Source of the DNA: Lytechinus pictus
Lineage: Eukaryota
Assembly (NCBI RefSeq): GCF_037042905.1
Contig: NC_087245.1
Location: forward strand, 20,648,001 to 20,712,000
Length of the DNA: 64,000 nucleotides
Direction: 5' to 3'
This document shows, in pieces, positions 26,830 through 61,350 of this stretch. Numbering within the stretch: position 1 is the first letter of the stretch; every line of letters begins with the position of its first letter. The notes under the pieces were generated by a model. That model had not been told where the DNA came from. It did no database searches and saw only the letters and a program-made list of their open reading frames with translations. The position numbers and the translations under genes are program-made.

Positions 26830-29308
26830 TTAACCTATTTTTTTTTCAGTCTTACATGTCGTACGCGAGCATGCACGATCGAAGTATAATAAGCTGGAGT
26901 TTGCTGTAGCTATTATGTTAGACGGGTTAGACGCCACCAAGCGACACAGTCATTATTATGCAATCCATCTTCCATAGTAGGTCATTTCTGAATACATTTA
27001 CCGTTATATGTGATTTTTTTAATGTCAGGCTGTATGTGTTAGGATGGGACGTATGTACATAATCAATTTTATTTAAAAGCCGACAGTATGACATTCGTCC
27101 TCGATTCCATCATTCCTATCATTTTAATATCTATGGATTATCTCATAATGCGCATAACCTTGTAATCCCATGACGTTAGAGTCGGATATTACTAGTATTA
27201 GATTCTCTCAAAAATCAGTAATTGATGGAGGCACGGTGACGTCATGATAGAACAATGGTTTCGAATTCAATTCAAGTTCAACATCATCTCTATCATTGAG
27301 GATTTCGACATCACCAGACTCGTTGCTGATCCGAGGCACTTGGATAGGAATCAAAGCCGTCGGTTCTCTGGGTGCTGCCTGCGTGCAGACATATTTTGCT
27401 TTCCATGAACGATTCAAACAACATATAATCCAGTTCAGTGGCAGATGCAAAGTTTGCTAAAGAAAGGATCATACACGTACTTGTCGTGGCCAAACACAAG
27501 AATTTTTTTTTTCTGGGGAGGGGGGGGGGGCATTATCATGTATTTTTGGGATTTAACTTTTGTTAAGAATTTGAAGAAGGTGGAGGGTATCTTGAGGAAG
27601 TTCTCAATGTGTTCATATTTGTGTTTCATTGTGTGTTATATAATAACACAACAATCCTACCACCTAACGATTTTTTCCCACGCTTGTTGTGCTCGCTTGT
27701 ACAATAATGAGATATACCAGCATTGTTATTGAAGGGCAATTAAGACGTATAGACTTATCTTTGATGTTAATAATTCTGGTGACAAATAAACACTTCTATT
27801 GTGAAACAAGGGTGATGTTAGGTTCACCGCCTTTACTCATACATTAAAAACAGGATGATTTCAGAAGCAATAATTCTGCAGATTTGATGAAGGGATTAAT
27901 GTTCATACCATGTCTAATTATTTTACGGGGTGCGCAGTTTGCTCACTTCCTTCACTTCAGTGCTACGCCGCGGCGCGCCGGCGATGTAGTATATTTATCA
28001 TTGAAGAACTATCGGAAACAAGCAATATTAAATCCAATATACACAGATGCAGAAATAAGATCACAATGGATTTAGAATGTTCCACCCCTCTTTTGTTGAT
28101 CTTATGAGACAAAAAAAAAACAAGCTATCATGATTCTAAGATGATGATCCAAACTTCCAAAGTAATTACGTGCACCTTCTTGCTCATACTCAGTGAGCTT
28201 AAGTGGACTTAAAATATAAGGGGAAAATCGGCTTTGATGAAAAATAAATCGCTTGAGCGCTTGCCCGCACTGTCATTCTTTTTGTTAATTCATTGTTGGC
28301 CTTGATTGAAAACCATTGATCACTTTTTTTGAAACAATGATTATGAAAAGATCACAAAATGATGAGTATATCACTGGAGACAATGTAACTAAGGCTTATT
28401 TAGCAAAATTTCCCTTTTGTTTCCATTATGATAAATGCCCCGATATCAAACTACATAAATTCCGATTGGCTATCTATCGAGTTTGTACTGATGAGAGGAT
28501 AGGCAGTGATTGGTGAGAGATTTGGGGTAGGATAGAGGGAGAGAGAGGGAGACAGAAAGAGAGAGAGGGGGGTACAGAAGGGTGAAAGAGAGTTAGGAGA
28601 GAAGGGGAAAGATGGTAAAAGGGACAGATGTTTAAAGGAAAAGAGAAGAAGTGAAGCAAAATGACCGACGATGGAAAAAGGCAAAATCGAAAGATCAGAG
28701 AGGGAGAGAGAGAGGGGGGGGGGGGGGTTCAAAGAGAGAGTGAGAGATAGAAGGAACAAGACAGTGATGAGTGATGGGCCACGCAACGCCCTCTTGAAAT
28801 TTTTTTGATTTAGCAAAGCAAACAATAATAGCCTAATGGCGAAGAAAAAGATTAATGATTAACCAATAAAATTGTTCAAAAAAATGTATACCACGGAGTG
28901 CTTTTGCAAGGAAGATCAAGACTGCTACCAGTGTAGAGAAAGCATGACAGTGAAACACGAATCGTGATTTCCTTTTTTGGCTTTAATCCCTAAAGCATTT
29001 ACTGTATTCATGTAATCTAACTTCGGTAAAGAAAACATCAATCAAGTGACAGCGAAATTGTTTTTTATCCAATATATTAAAAAAGTAACATTTCACATGC
29101 AAGCTGCTTGCATGGGACTAACAACAAACAAATGACATTTATATTTAAAAAAAAAAATTCAAAACAAAAGTGATTAATAAACAAGTTAAGAATATGACAT
29201 TAAGCAAAATCTCAGATCTTGAAATGTATGATTCATGACCATTTTATGCACTCGTATTTCTACGGTGTCAAATTTGTCTCAGAATGGTGCAGATGAGAGT
29301 CAAACATA

Positions 29309-29504
29309 CACTCTTAAAAATGTTGGGCAACATACGGTCCACACAACAATTGGTTAAAACTTTATCCAATTCTGGGTAGTTTTACACCAATAATGTGTGC
29401 TTTGGGTGAAAACTACACAGTATTGGTGTAAAACTACCCAGAATTGGATAAAGTTTTAACCAATTGTTGTGTGGACCGTATGTTGCCCAACATTTTTAAG
29501 AGTG
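29309..29504. mobile_element. Young hairpin MITE with 84-bp perfect arms, TA-flanked
   Basis: TA|CACTCTTAAAAATGTTGGGCAAC...ACACCAATA (29309-29392) is the exact reverse complement of 29421-29504, which is followed by TA. Confidence 0.92.
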
Positions 29505-29747
29505 TAACGTGTATCGGATTATTGAATTTGGCTGGGACTGGCATGGCATCAGTTGAAAAATCATTTGATTCCTAGTCAAATTAAAAACTAGTCGCTTTGA
29601 CTAGGAATTGACTCCCAGCTGGCGCCGTTCTGAGTCAAATTTGACACCGCAAGAAATAAGAGGAATATCTTTTTGTAATGTTATTAGATTGTGTCCTACT
29701 TTATCCGCTTTCAAGATGATTCCCACTCTCTCTTATGTAGGCCTGTA

Positions 29748-30198
29748 CAGTGCGTCCCGCAAAAAAGGAAACACGTTTTCAGAGATAGATTTCACAATTA
29801 TTAAATATGCTTTTACTATAAATTTGATACTCATGGCAAGATTGGAATCTCATCTCTAATTTGAAATCAACAGTTTAGCAAATCGCTCACGCATGAGAGA
29901 TAATAAACAATACAAATATTGAGACATTTCATAAACGATTTGCGCAGAAACTCACACGTGAATCTGAATCCACTCTCATTAATTTTCAGGAATCAGTGAG
30001 AGGATCTTAACAAAAAATACAAAGAAATGAACTCGTCTTGCTCATTAATGCGTGAAGTGTTTGTCTCATGTTAGGTATCAAAATAAAGAGGAATAAATGA
30101 ATCATAATTATGATTGTGTAACTAAATATCATAATTCGTTTGTATTTGAAGAATAAAGACATGGGAATCAGGGTTTCCTTTTTTGGGGGGACGCACTT
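29748..30198. mobile_element. Tc1/mariner-type MITE
   Basis: TA|CAGTGCGTCCCGCAAAAAAGGAAAC ... GTTTCCTTTTTTGGGGGGACGCACT. Same end family as 39241-40055. Confidence 0.75.
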
Positions 30199-30560
30199 AA
30201 TAAAAAGGTGTTTTTTCTTTCTTTTCTTTATTTTTAACACGTTTTTCAGCAAAACTTAAACATTATTTTCTGACTTAAGACCTCATTACCCCATGGCTTC
30301 AAAATAAATCCCCCATTGGACGAGGACCTTGAATAAAGCTACTTCGGGATATTTTTTTATAAATAGGGGGTACTCCTCCTCCACCCATCCCCTCTCTGTC
30401 TCCCACTCTCTCTCTTTCTTATCTCACCAATTTTCGCTCTAGCACAAAACAAATAATTGCATGCCTGATTACTCCCCTCTACCTGAAAGCAAAGATCGTT
30501 TTCTATTCTTTGTTGTTGAATATAGGGAACCCATTAAGCTAAGTTAAATTAATATATTAA

Positions 30561-32142
30561 AGGGATACTCCGGGCTTTAGATATTTATATCTAAATAAAC
30601 AGAGTAAAATTCATAGATCAATATGTCACGTTGTTATTATTTGTAATGATCTTAACCCTTTGATATTTTATAGTTTTAGACATACATTTATAACTGATTG
30701 TCATTGTTCCACTCGATTTTTATTAATTAATTCATTAATATCATTTCAGTGTTTTTTATCAGTGAATAAATTATACAATTAGTAGTTTTATAATTAGTAA
30801 CTGTTCCCTTTGGATAACTTAGATATTTCAGTTTGATTCATATTATCATCTAAGTACCTATGTTTCCAAGCATTGTTATCTTTGACTTAGATTTTGACTT
30901 TATTTTCATGTATGATATGATGATTTATGTTGTTTATGTTTTCATCAGGTCATCGATGAAAAACAGTTTTATGCTGATCTTTTGTACCTGAATAAATATG
31001 TTCTAATAAATAAATAAATAAAAAGATGCTGAAATTTTATCAAAATCGGATAACAAATAACTGACGAAGTTATTCAAATTTAAAGATTTGCAATATTTTT
31101 GAAAACAGTTATGCATGTATTCATGAATATTCATTAGATGGGCTGATGATGTCACATCTCCACTTTCCTTTTTCTTATATGTTATTACATGAAATCATCT
31201 TTGTTTCATTTTCCATGCATGTGTAAATGGTGTGTCTCTATTATAATGAATTAAAGGAGAATGAAACCCTTGAAACCAGCAGAATCCATATCAAAGAGAA
31301 AAATCAAAGAAACATATTGTTGAAAGTTTGAGGAAGATTGAATGAATAATAAGAAAGTTATGAGCATTTGAATATTGAGATCACTAATGCCATGTAGTTC
31401 CTCCCATTGGCAATGCGACCAAGATCTGTGATGTCACACACGTACAACTCCCTCATTACTTTAGTACTTATTTCACTTATATTCTCACTTTTATAGAGTC
31501 TATCACAAGGTGAGGTGTTCTCCTTATGAGAGGACAAGTACAGAGGTTTCACAACATTATATCATTGATGAATCGTTTGTCATATGATTAGAATGAGCAA
31601 AAAGTGATGTTTTGGGGTATATTTTCACTGTCCAAAAGGGGAGAGTTGTTCATCTGTGACATCATAGATCTTGGTCGCATTGCCAATAGGAGGATCTCCA
31701 TAGCATTAGTGATCTCGACATTCAAATGCTCATTACTCTTCTATTGCTAGTCCAATTTTACTCAAACTTTTGTTTATCTTATTCTTTGATTTTTCTGCTT
31801 TCACAAAAGCTTACTTGCTCCAAGAGTTTCGTTCTCCTTTAAGTTGCAGCTATAAATAACTAAAACACTTAATCAGTTGTCAATCGAATTGTTTTATTCT
31901 TGGTATACATTTTTTGAATAAACCTAATTTCATATAATGAAATACAAAAGAACAAGTGAGGATATGACATCATCAGTTAATTGCTCATTGAATACTCATG
32001 AAGACATGAATAAAAAAGTTTCACCGGAATAATGCAAATCTTTAAAATTCAATAACCTTGTTATCCGATTTTGATCAGCATTTTGCTTTGTGAATTTACT
32101 CTATTTATTGAGATATGAATATCTTCAGCATGGAGTATCCCT
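30561..32142. mobile_element. TTAA-targeting MITE (Kolobok-like) hosting two nested insertions
   Basis: TTAA|AGGGATACTCC ... GGAGTATCCCT. It is interrupted by an (AATA)n-tailed segment at ~30627-31025 and by the element at 31255-31838. Confidence 0.7.
31255..31838. mobile_element. Nested TTAA-flanked MITE
   Basis: TTAA|AGGAGAATGAAAC ... GTTTCGTTCTCCT|TTAA. Internal inverted ATTGGCAATGCGACCAAGATCT / AGATCTTGGTCGCATTGCCAAT. Confidence 0.85.
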
Positions 32143-32363
32143 ACTACTTCTTTGGCAAATAAAACCATTGCTAGTTTTGTGCAATTTAAAAAAAACATGG
32201 AATTCAGACATTGCGAGGAAAATCACCAAATTCATAGAGATGAAGGCTACATCTGGCAAATGCACTAGTGCGAGGTTAATTAGTATACTAACCTCGCACC
32301 ATGCAAGAACCGCATTTGGCAGTGGATTTCATACTAGCGGGTCGCACGCGCGTGCTGCGACGC

Positions 32364-32750
32364 CAGTGCTTCCACTCTTGATGGAATCCAGGAAATCCCA
32401 GGAAGTTTTGCTATTTTTCAGGATTATTCCAGGAAGTGAGAAATTCCAGGAAGTTTTCCAGGAAGTTATCATTTTCGGGAATGATGTTATTTTCTGAATA
32501 TTTTGTCAAAATCTATCACAAAATTTGATATTTTAAATTAAAATGTAAATGTTTGCTGCTCGCAACTCTTTATAAACTTTGCCCGTTACCTCATGTTTCG
32601 CCCCTCAAAGGTTTTGGCTCAATTAAGGCACTGGGCCCTATATTTCATTGTGTGTGTATAGAAGAGAATGGAAGACTGCAGACTATTCGGAAAATTCCAG
32701 GATATTTTGTAAAATTCCAGGAAGTTCCGTTTTGAAAAGTGGAAGCACTG
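32364..32750. mobile_element. hAT-like MITE rich in CCAGGAAG repeats
   Basis: CAGTGCTTCCACT ... AGTGGAAGCACTG ends. Confidence 0.7.
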
Positions 32751-32785
32751 AACAACGCCCTGGCGTCCATAACACACGACTTTTA

Positions 32786-33800
32786 GGCCCGAATTCTCAA
32801 AGGGTGGCTAACTTAGCCCGGGCTAACTTAGCCCGGTGCATGGGCTAACTAATCCCCTGTGGGCTAAGTTAGTCCACTGAGCATTTCATAAAGCGTGGGC
32901 TAATTAGCCCACCTGGCTAAGTTAGCCGGGTGTGCTAAATATTTAGCACACCCAGCTAACAGCCAATTAGCCCGGTGGGCTAAATCATGAACTGAAGCTA
33001 CTGCTAGCATGCTCAGTGCAGCCTTGTTGATGCATGTATGTACTACAGTGTGCAGTATACCAGGTCCATGGCAGCTAGTACTCACATAGCAGCAAAATGG
33101 AGGGGGAAAGATGTGCCAACTGGCCCCGCAACTAGCAATACTCCGAGATTATACCTCCTCGAACTCATTCATGACAATGCTGCGATATTCTGTAATAAAT
33201 GTACAGATATTCATACTTTAGGAAATTGGCAAAGCCGATCTCCTAATATAAATATAAAAGTTAGGTCCTACCTTAATTCTTGCTCGCCAGAAGATAGAAT
33301 GTGGTCCAGCCGCTCAGAATCTCAGATAAATTGCACAAATCCGTGAATAGAAATATATACACTTCACAATTTCAAATACAGTAGATAAAGGGACAGATGT
33401 CACAAAATGTCTCGCGAAGTAATGAGCTCATTAAATATGCAGAGAATATAGACTTCGAATGAGTGGAAGTGACGGTAAGGAATAAGATTGGAAAATGCAG
33501 AGAAATAATTAAGTATAAGTTGATCCTCCACAAGATTTGATTCGATCCTCACTAGCAGCTGGATGAGATGGTCAGCATGAGTGGACAGGACGAAGGCAGA
33601 GAGTAGAGTGATGATGTGGTAGAGAAAACAAGTTGTTTTTACCAACATCAGAAAAGATGAGACAAAGAAATAAGCGCCAAAAAGGGAGGCAAAACAAAGT
33701 TGAAAAGAACAAAGAAGAGAGAAGCAGACTGTGAGAAAAGCAAACATGCAAGCATCTCTGTAGTGATGTTGGTTATACCTGCAAGTTCATTGCAATAAAC
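32786..33800 (+). mobile_element. Decayed Harbinger-like element: left end plus remnant Myb/SANT-like coding sequence
   Basis: GGCCCGAATTCTCAAAG end followed by GGCTAACTTAGCCCGG repeats. Frameshifted RCANW...LYLLELIHDNAAIFCNKCTDIHTL..W resembles the Harbinger-associated Myb-like domain (recognised by eye). Confidence 0.45.
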
Positions 33801-35543
33801 AAGGAACAATGAAAGGATGTTTGCTCCAAGTCTAGGAACAAAAGAAAGGTTGTTTCTCAATATAAGAATGTGTTTGCCAAGTAGATTTGGACAGAAAATG
33901 AGTTGGCTTGCTCTGTGAATGTACAGTATTGTAGTACATACACATGGCGTGAACAAGTGAGAATATATGAAATTGGAAATAAAAGAAAGAATTTATATAC
34001 ATATACAGAATGTTGAAATATAAATGAAAATATATACAAGGAAAGAATATATAGATGTAGATATATAAAAAGATATAGTCAAGTCACTACAATACCATAG
34101 AAAAATGAAGAGGAGCAGCATGGGAGGCAGTTAATTAGAGCCAGTTTTTAACAGAAGTTTGGCCAAAAGTACACTCTGCCACAATTTCCGGCACCGTAAA
34201 AGGAGAAATTAAAAAAGATGCGTGTCACCGCCAAAAAGGAGTATATTGTGAGTGGAGGAGGAACACCCGGAGGAACACCCCAAAAATGGGGGTGGGCCTC
34301 CTCCACATCTGAGCGAATCCACAAAAATGATTCAGGAATCAGAAGATTGTGCCTACAGACTTCATACAAATAGTTAACCCATATGATGACGATTACGGAT
34401 TCTACAATCAAGCAATAAGTGCTTTGGATTTCTTGGCAAGAGGAAGCTTGATTGGCATGTAATGAACCATTGGGTGGGCAAATACATCCTCCAGACATGC
34501 ACAGTAGGCCTACAGTCCAAGCCCACCTCCTCCATGTCCATTGCATTGTGCTCTAGCGCCATCTCTTGTTGATTGCTTGCAGCAGCATCCGAGATCCCGC
34601 GTTGATCTGATTCTGAGTTTTCTTTTGTGGAAATTCAATCTATACTTGACGTTTGGTGAGTAGAGGATACATGTAGGTCTAGATATTGAGTTCTCATGAA
34701 CCTTGCGTGGTCAGGTTATATAGATTCTGTATTATTTGCTCTGCAATAATCTTGATAATTATAAGAAGCGCTACATATTCACAATTCAGATTTTAATATT
34801 TCAGTCCCACTGCTATGTTTTTGTGTTGTGTGTGCTCCGACCTTAGCGGAGGAAGAACACAAGAGAGAGAGAGAGAGAGCTGCTGTCTTGAATTCATCAG
34901 TTCATTCACCTGCATCTGAGTCTGGAATTTCAAACCTTGAGAGACTTGAGTTGCAGTAAAAGCAGAGTAAAATGATGAGCTTACTATATTAGTGACTGTT
35001 TGCAGCGCGACTTCGTTAAAAAAAGCGAGCGCACGCGTGTAAGTACATAATTAATGGCACGCATTTCCAATTTAAATTAATCAGCCGAGATGCCCGATAT
35101 TTGGGAAAGTGCCATATTTGGAAGGGTGCTGGGTGTCAAATTTCCCACCGTGGGGAAACCATGCGGCAGCCATTGCAGATTTTTTTTCCCGATAGATTGA
35201 ACATGTGCGATATCGGCGGCCACTCCTAGTACCAGTGAGGTCCAAACATTAACATGTATGGACCTCATAGGCGACAATGCTTTAAAAACAGGTTAGAAGT
35301 CCTGCACCCAAGTATTTTTATGATATTAGTGATTATTACTCGAAAAATGCAAGCTTTGTCCTCATTTGTTTAGCATTTATTAAAAAATTACCCATTAACT
35401 ATAATCCTACTCATACTTTAAATGTTATAAAATAAAGGGAAACTTACATTTAGGTCCTTTTTCGATCTTTTCTTGGCAGTCAGTCCGGTCCCGTCGAGTG
35501 CGATCAAAGCGGTACGAAGCTGATTTTCAGATCACGTGATACG

Positions 35544-35632
35544 AGTAGTCATCTTCTTCTTCTTCTTCTTCTTTCCTTGGTTGGCAACCAGTTAACCAAG
35601 GAAAGAAGAAGAAGAAGAAGAAGATGACTACT
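35544..35632. repeat. Perfect 39-bp inverted repeat with 11-nt loop
   Basis: AGTAGTCATC(TTC)6TTTCCTTGGTT-ggcaaccagtt-AACCAAGGAAA(GAA)6GATGACTACT. Confidence 0.95.
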
Positions 35633-35899
35633 GATCACCTGATCGATCGACTATCCTTTTTTAAAGACCGCAACAATTATAAATTTTATTATAAAATATA
35701 TATAGAATAAATAATTGCATGATATTATATATATTTCTACAATTAAAAATATTTTGTGATATGAATTTAATATTTGACGTAAAAATCGCTATTTAGCAAA
35801 ATATTTATTAAAAAATAAAAACGCCTTGGACACAGTGCAAAAAACCTAACAATTTGGCCGCGTTCTTAACAACTATTGTAAGGGGCGCTCTATTTATAA

Positions 35900-35996
35900 A
35901 TAAAAAAGAATGTACAGCTGTCTACCGCAACGTGGTTTGTCGCAAGATTTGGGACAAATCCGTGGGAATTCTTGAGAAAATACATCAAAAGAACTG
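35900..35996 (+). promoter_or_regulatory. Probable non-coding first exon / promoter region of EZH2 (5' boundary approximate)
   Basis: Strong donor CTG|GTGAGT at 35997. The first coding exon begins with an acceptor at 37539, upstream of the ATG, so a 5' UTR exon is expected. Confidence 0.45.
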
Positions 35997-37558
35997 GTGA
36001 GTACCGATTAAACATTATCAAAGTAGTAAATAGGTTATACATAACTTGTAGATATATATTTTAAATTGATATTGATGCTTAGTTCCAAGCTAGGGCGGCC
36101 CAAATGTGCGTGAGTGGAGTCCCAGTTTATTAACACGGGTAAGTATTGGGGTGTCGCCTAGAGTGATCGGCGGCAACATTTCCTGCGAAAATCACTGCCC
36201 CCTTTTGAGATTTTTTTTTTGGTCATCGATCTTAAGTTAAGGAGTCCAAAATTAGTGAGGGTCATAAGAATCTTTGAAAGTCAAAATCGTGGATTTTAGT
36301 TTTTACCCCTGGATGTAACCCTAGGAATAAATTTTTTGAGCAGTAACCTGGGTCTCGTGTGTGCAGTTTAATAGATCAGAGGGTAAGTTCATGTATCACA
36401 TGCACGCAATAAATCCCTTCGAAAATGTACATGTACTTGTAGATTATTATTGCTGATGATAGCACTACTTTGAAAGTCATTTATAGCAACAGCAAATTGA
36501 AGAAAAAATAGAAAAATTATATGAGCCTTGAACGAAACCAGCAGTACAAGCCTTTGTTCATTTGAACAAATGGTATACCAAAGTCTGTACAATGAAAAGA
36601 CTGGACACTTTGCGTAACGCTTTGCATCGATTTGCATGTAAAATAGTTTAAGTGCCTAGTCTTTCCCTCGTAGTGTCTTCGATATGAATATCGCCCACTC
36701 TCTTTATGCGAAAAATTCCTATACCCAAAGTGAAATCGGGCCCCCGTAAATATCATTAAAAGAATATTTTATATTTAGCACTCAAAACTAAAGAGGAGGA
36801 AAAAGGGACACAATATCCCTCAGTAAGTTCAGAAAGGTGAGGTAATGAGTAGACTCTAGTAAAATGTAAGTTGTCCATTCGAAGCATAAAACAGTAAACA
36901 GCCGATCATACACAAAAGTGCATTGACTTGGCTGCGTTCTCAAAGCCTCTTTGTACATTGAGATCTATGTTGAGGCACCATCACCCCATCTTATTTTGAT
37001 AACAATTATCACCCCCACTTTCCAAATGAAATGATTGCCAGCAAATTTTTATATAGACTTCATTTTGATACAGATTATTTCTAACTTGCCTCAGCAGCTT
37101 GAGACATTGATTTCTAAGCAGGGGCATCTCGAACCGTTGCCCAATTAAATGGGGGCTAATATTTAGACCATATGGACAAGTGTGCAAGTCGGACTGGGCT
37201 AAACTCCATATTCTTTTGCAGGATATTTTAACCAGACATGGCAAAATTTCAGGCAAATAATAAGGATTAATACCAGGTGCCACGAGACACCCTTCAAGAT
37301 TGCAATTGATTTCTAGAACTGTTGTGGTCAGGCAGTGACAGTCGAGTGTTGCAGCACTAAATGATTGCCGATGGCAAATTAACGCATTTGCTCATTAGTT
37401 GGTTCAAAAATATTTTGTTAATGTCAGTGGCAAATTTGAAGATAAAATCCTACACCGCATACCATTTCCTGTAAAACTATTTGTACTTTTCAAAATTTTC
37501 TTTCATTTCAATTCATGTGTCTTCATTTTTGGTGACAGGTCATAGGTCAAATGTCATC

Positions 37559-60463
<22,905 letters not shown>

Positions 60464-60789
60464 GAACTACATCAACCATCAATCTAACATTCCAGGAATA
60501 TCAGGAGTAATTCTGACACAACAATTGTGGAGGTTTTTCATGGTTTAAAGTCTGTCTTTAAAGAAAGGAGACAGCTTTATTGCACTGTAATCTTGTCTTC
60601 TGCTGAAAGACTGGGAAGGAATTTTTATGTGATGTGTTGATGATGTAAGTAAGGGATATTTGATATGATATGATCAAAAGTGAGTAGAAGTTTGCATGTA
60701 TATTGCGATAGTTGTCACTTTCACTGCCATCACCTTATCTTTATCTTGTCACCTACACGACCACTACTAACAAGTTGATTTCTTTGTGA

Positions 60790-61350
60790 CTACCACCAAC
60801 ACCACCATCATTAACAATGTCATCAATGCTACCACCTTCACCACTGTCACAAAATATGTCACCACCACCAAATCTATATTACGAGTGTCATTACCATAAC
60901 CACTGTTACAACCATAAAAAATGTCAGCACCAATAGCCACCACCTCTAATACTTTAAAAACCATTACCATCACATCACCACCACCACCAAAGTCACCACT
61001 AACGGTATCATCACCATTACCACCATCGGCACCCTGAACAATATCAACACCACAACCATCACTGATAAATTCAAAATTGTTAACTTCACCACCATTAACA
61101 ATGACAAAACCACAACTACCACAACCTCTTTTAACATTGTTATAACCTTCATTCAACACTACTATCATTATCATCTCCTTAATCACCATCACCACAACCA
61201 AAAACAATTGCATCATCACCGCAACTACCACCATCACCACCACCGGTTGATACCACCATTATCATCACCATCTTTACCACGCCTACTATCACCACCACCA
61301 TCATTTTCACCTCAGTGGCATCCACTCTGGCCACCACCACAACTGCTAAC
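60790..61350 (+). repeat. CAC/CAT-rich low-complexity tract in the probable EZH2 3' UTR
   Basis: Direct reading. AATAAA hexamers lie downstream at ~61635, 61849 and 61967. Confidence 0.85.

Noticed and set aside
36149..37291. Possible element with GGGTGTC/GACACCC ends in EZH2 intron 1
   Set aside because: The match is only 7 bp and there is no TSD.
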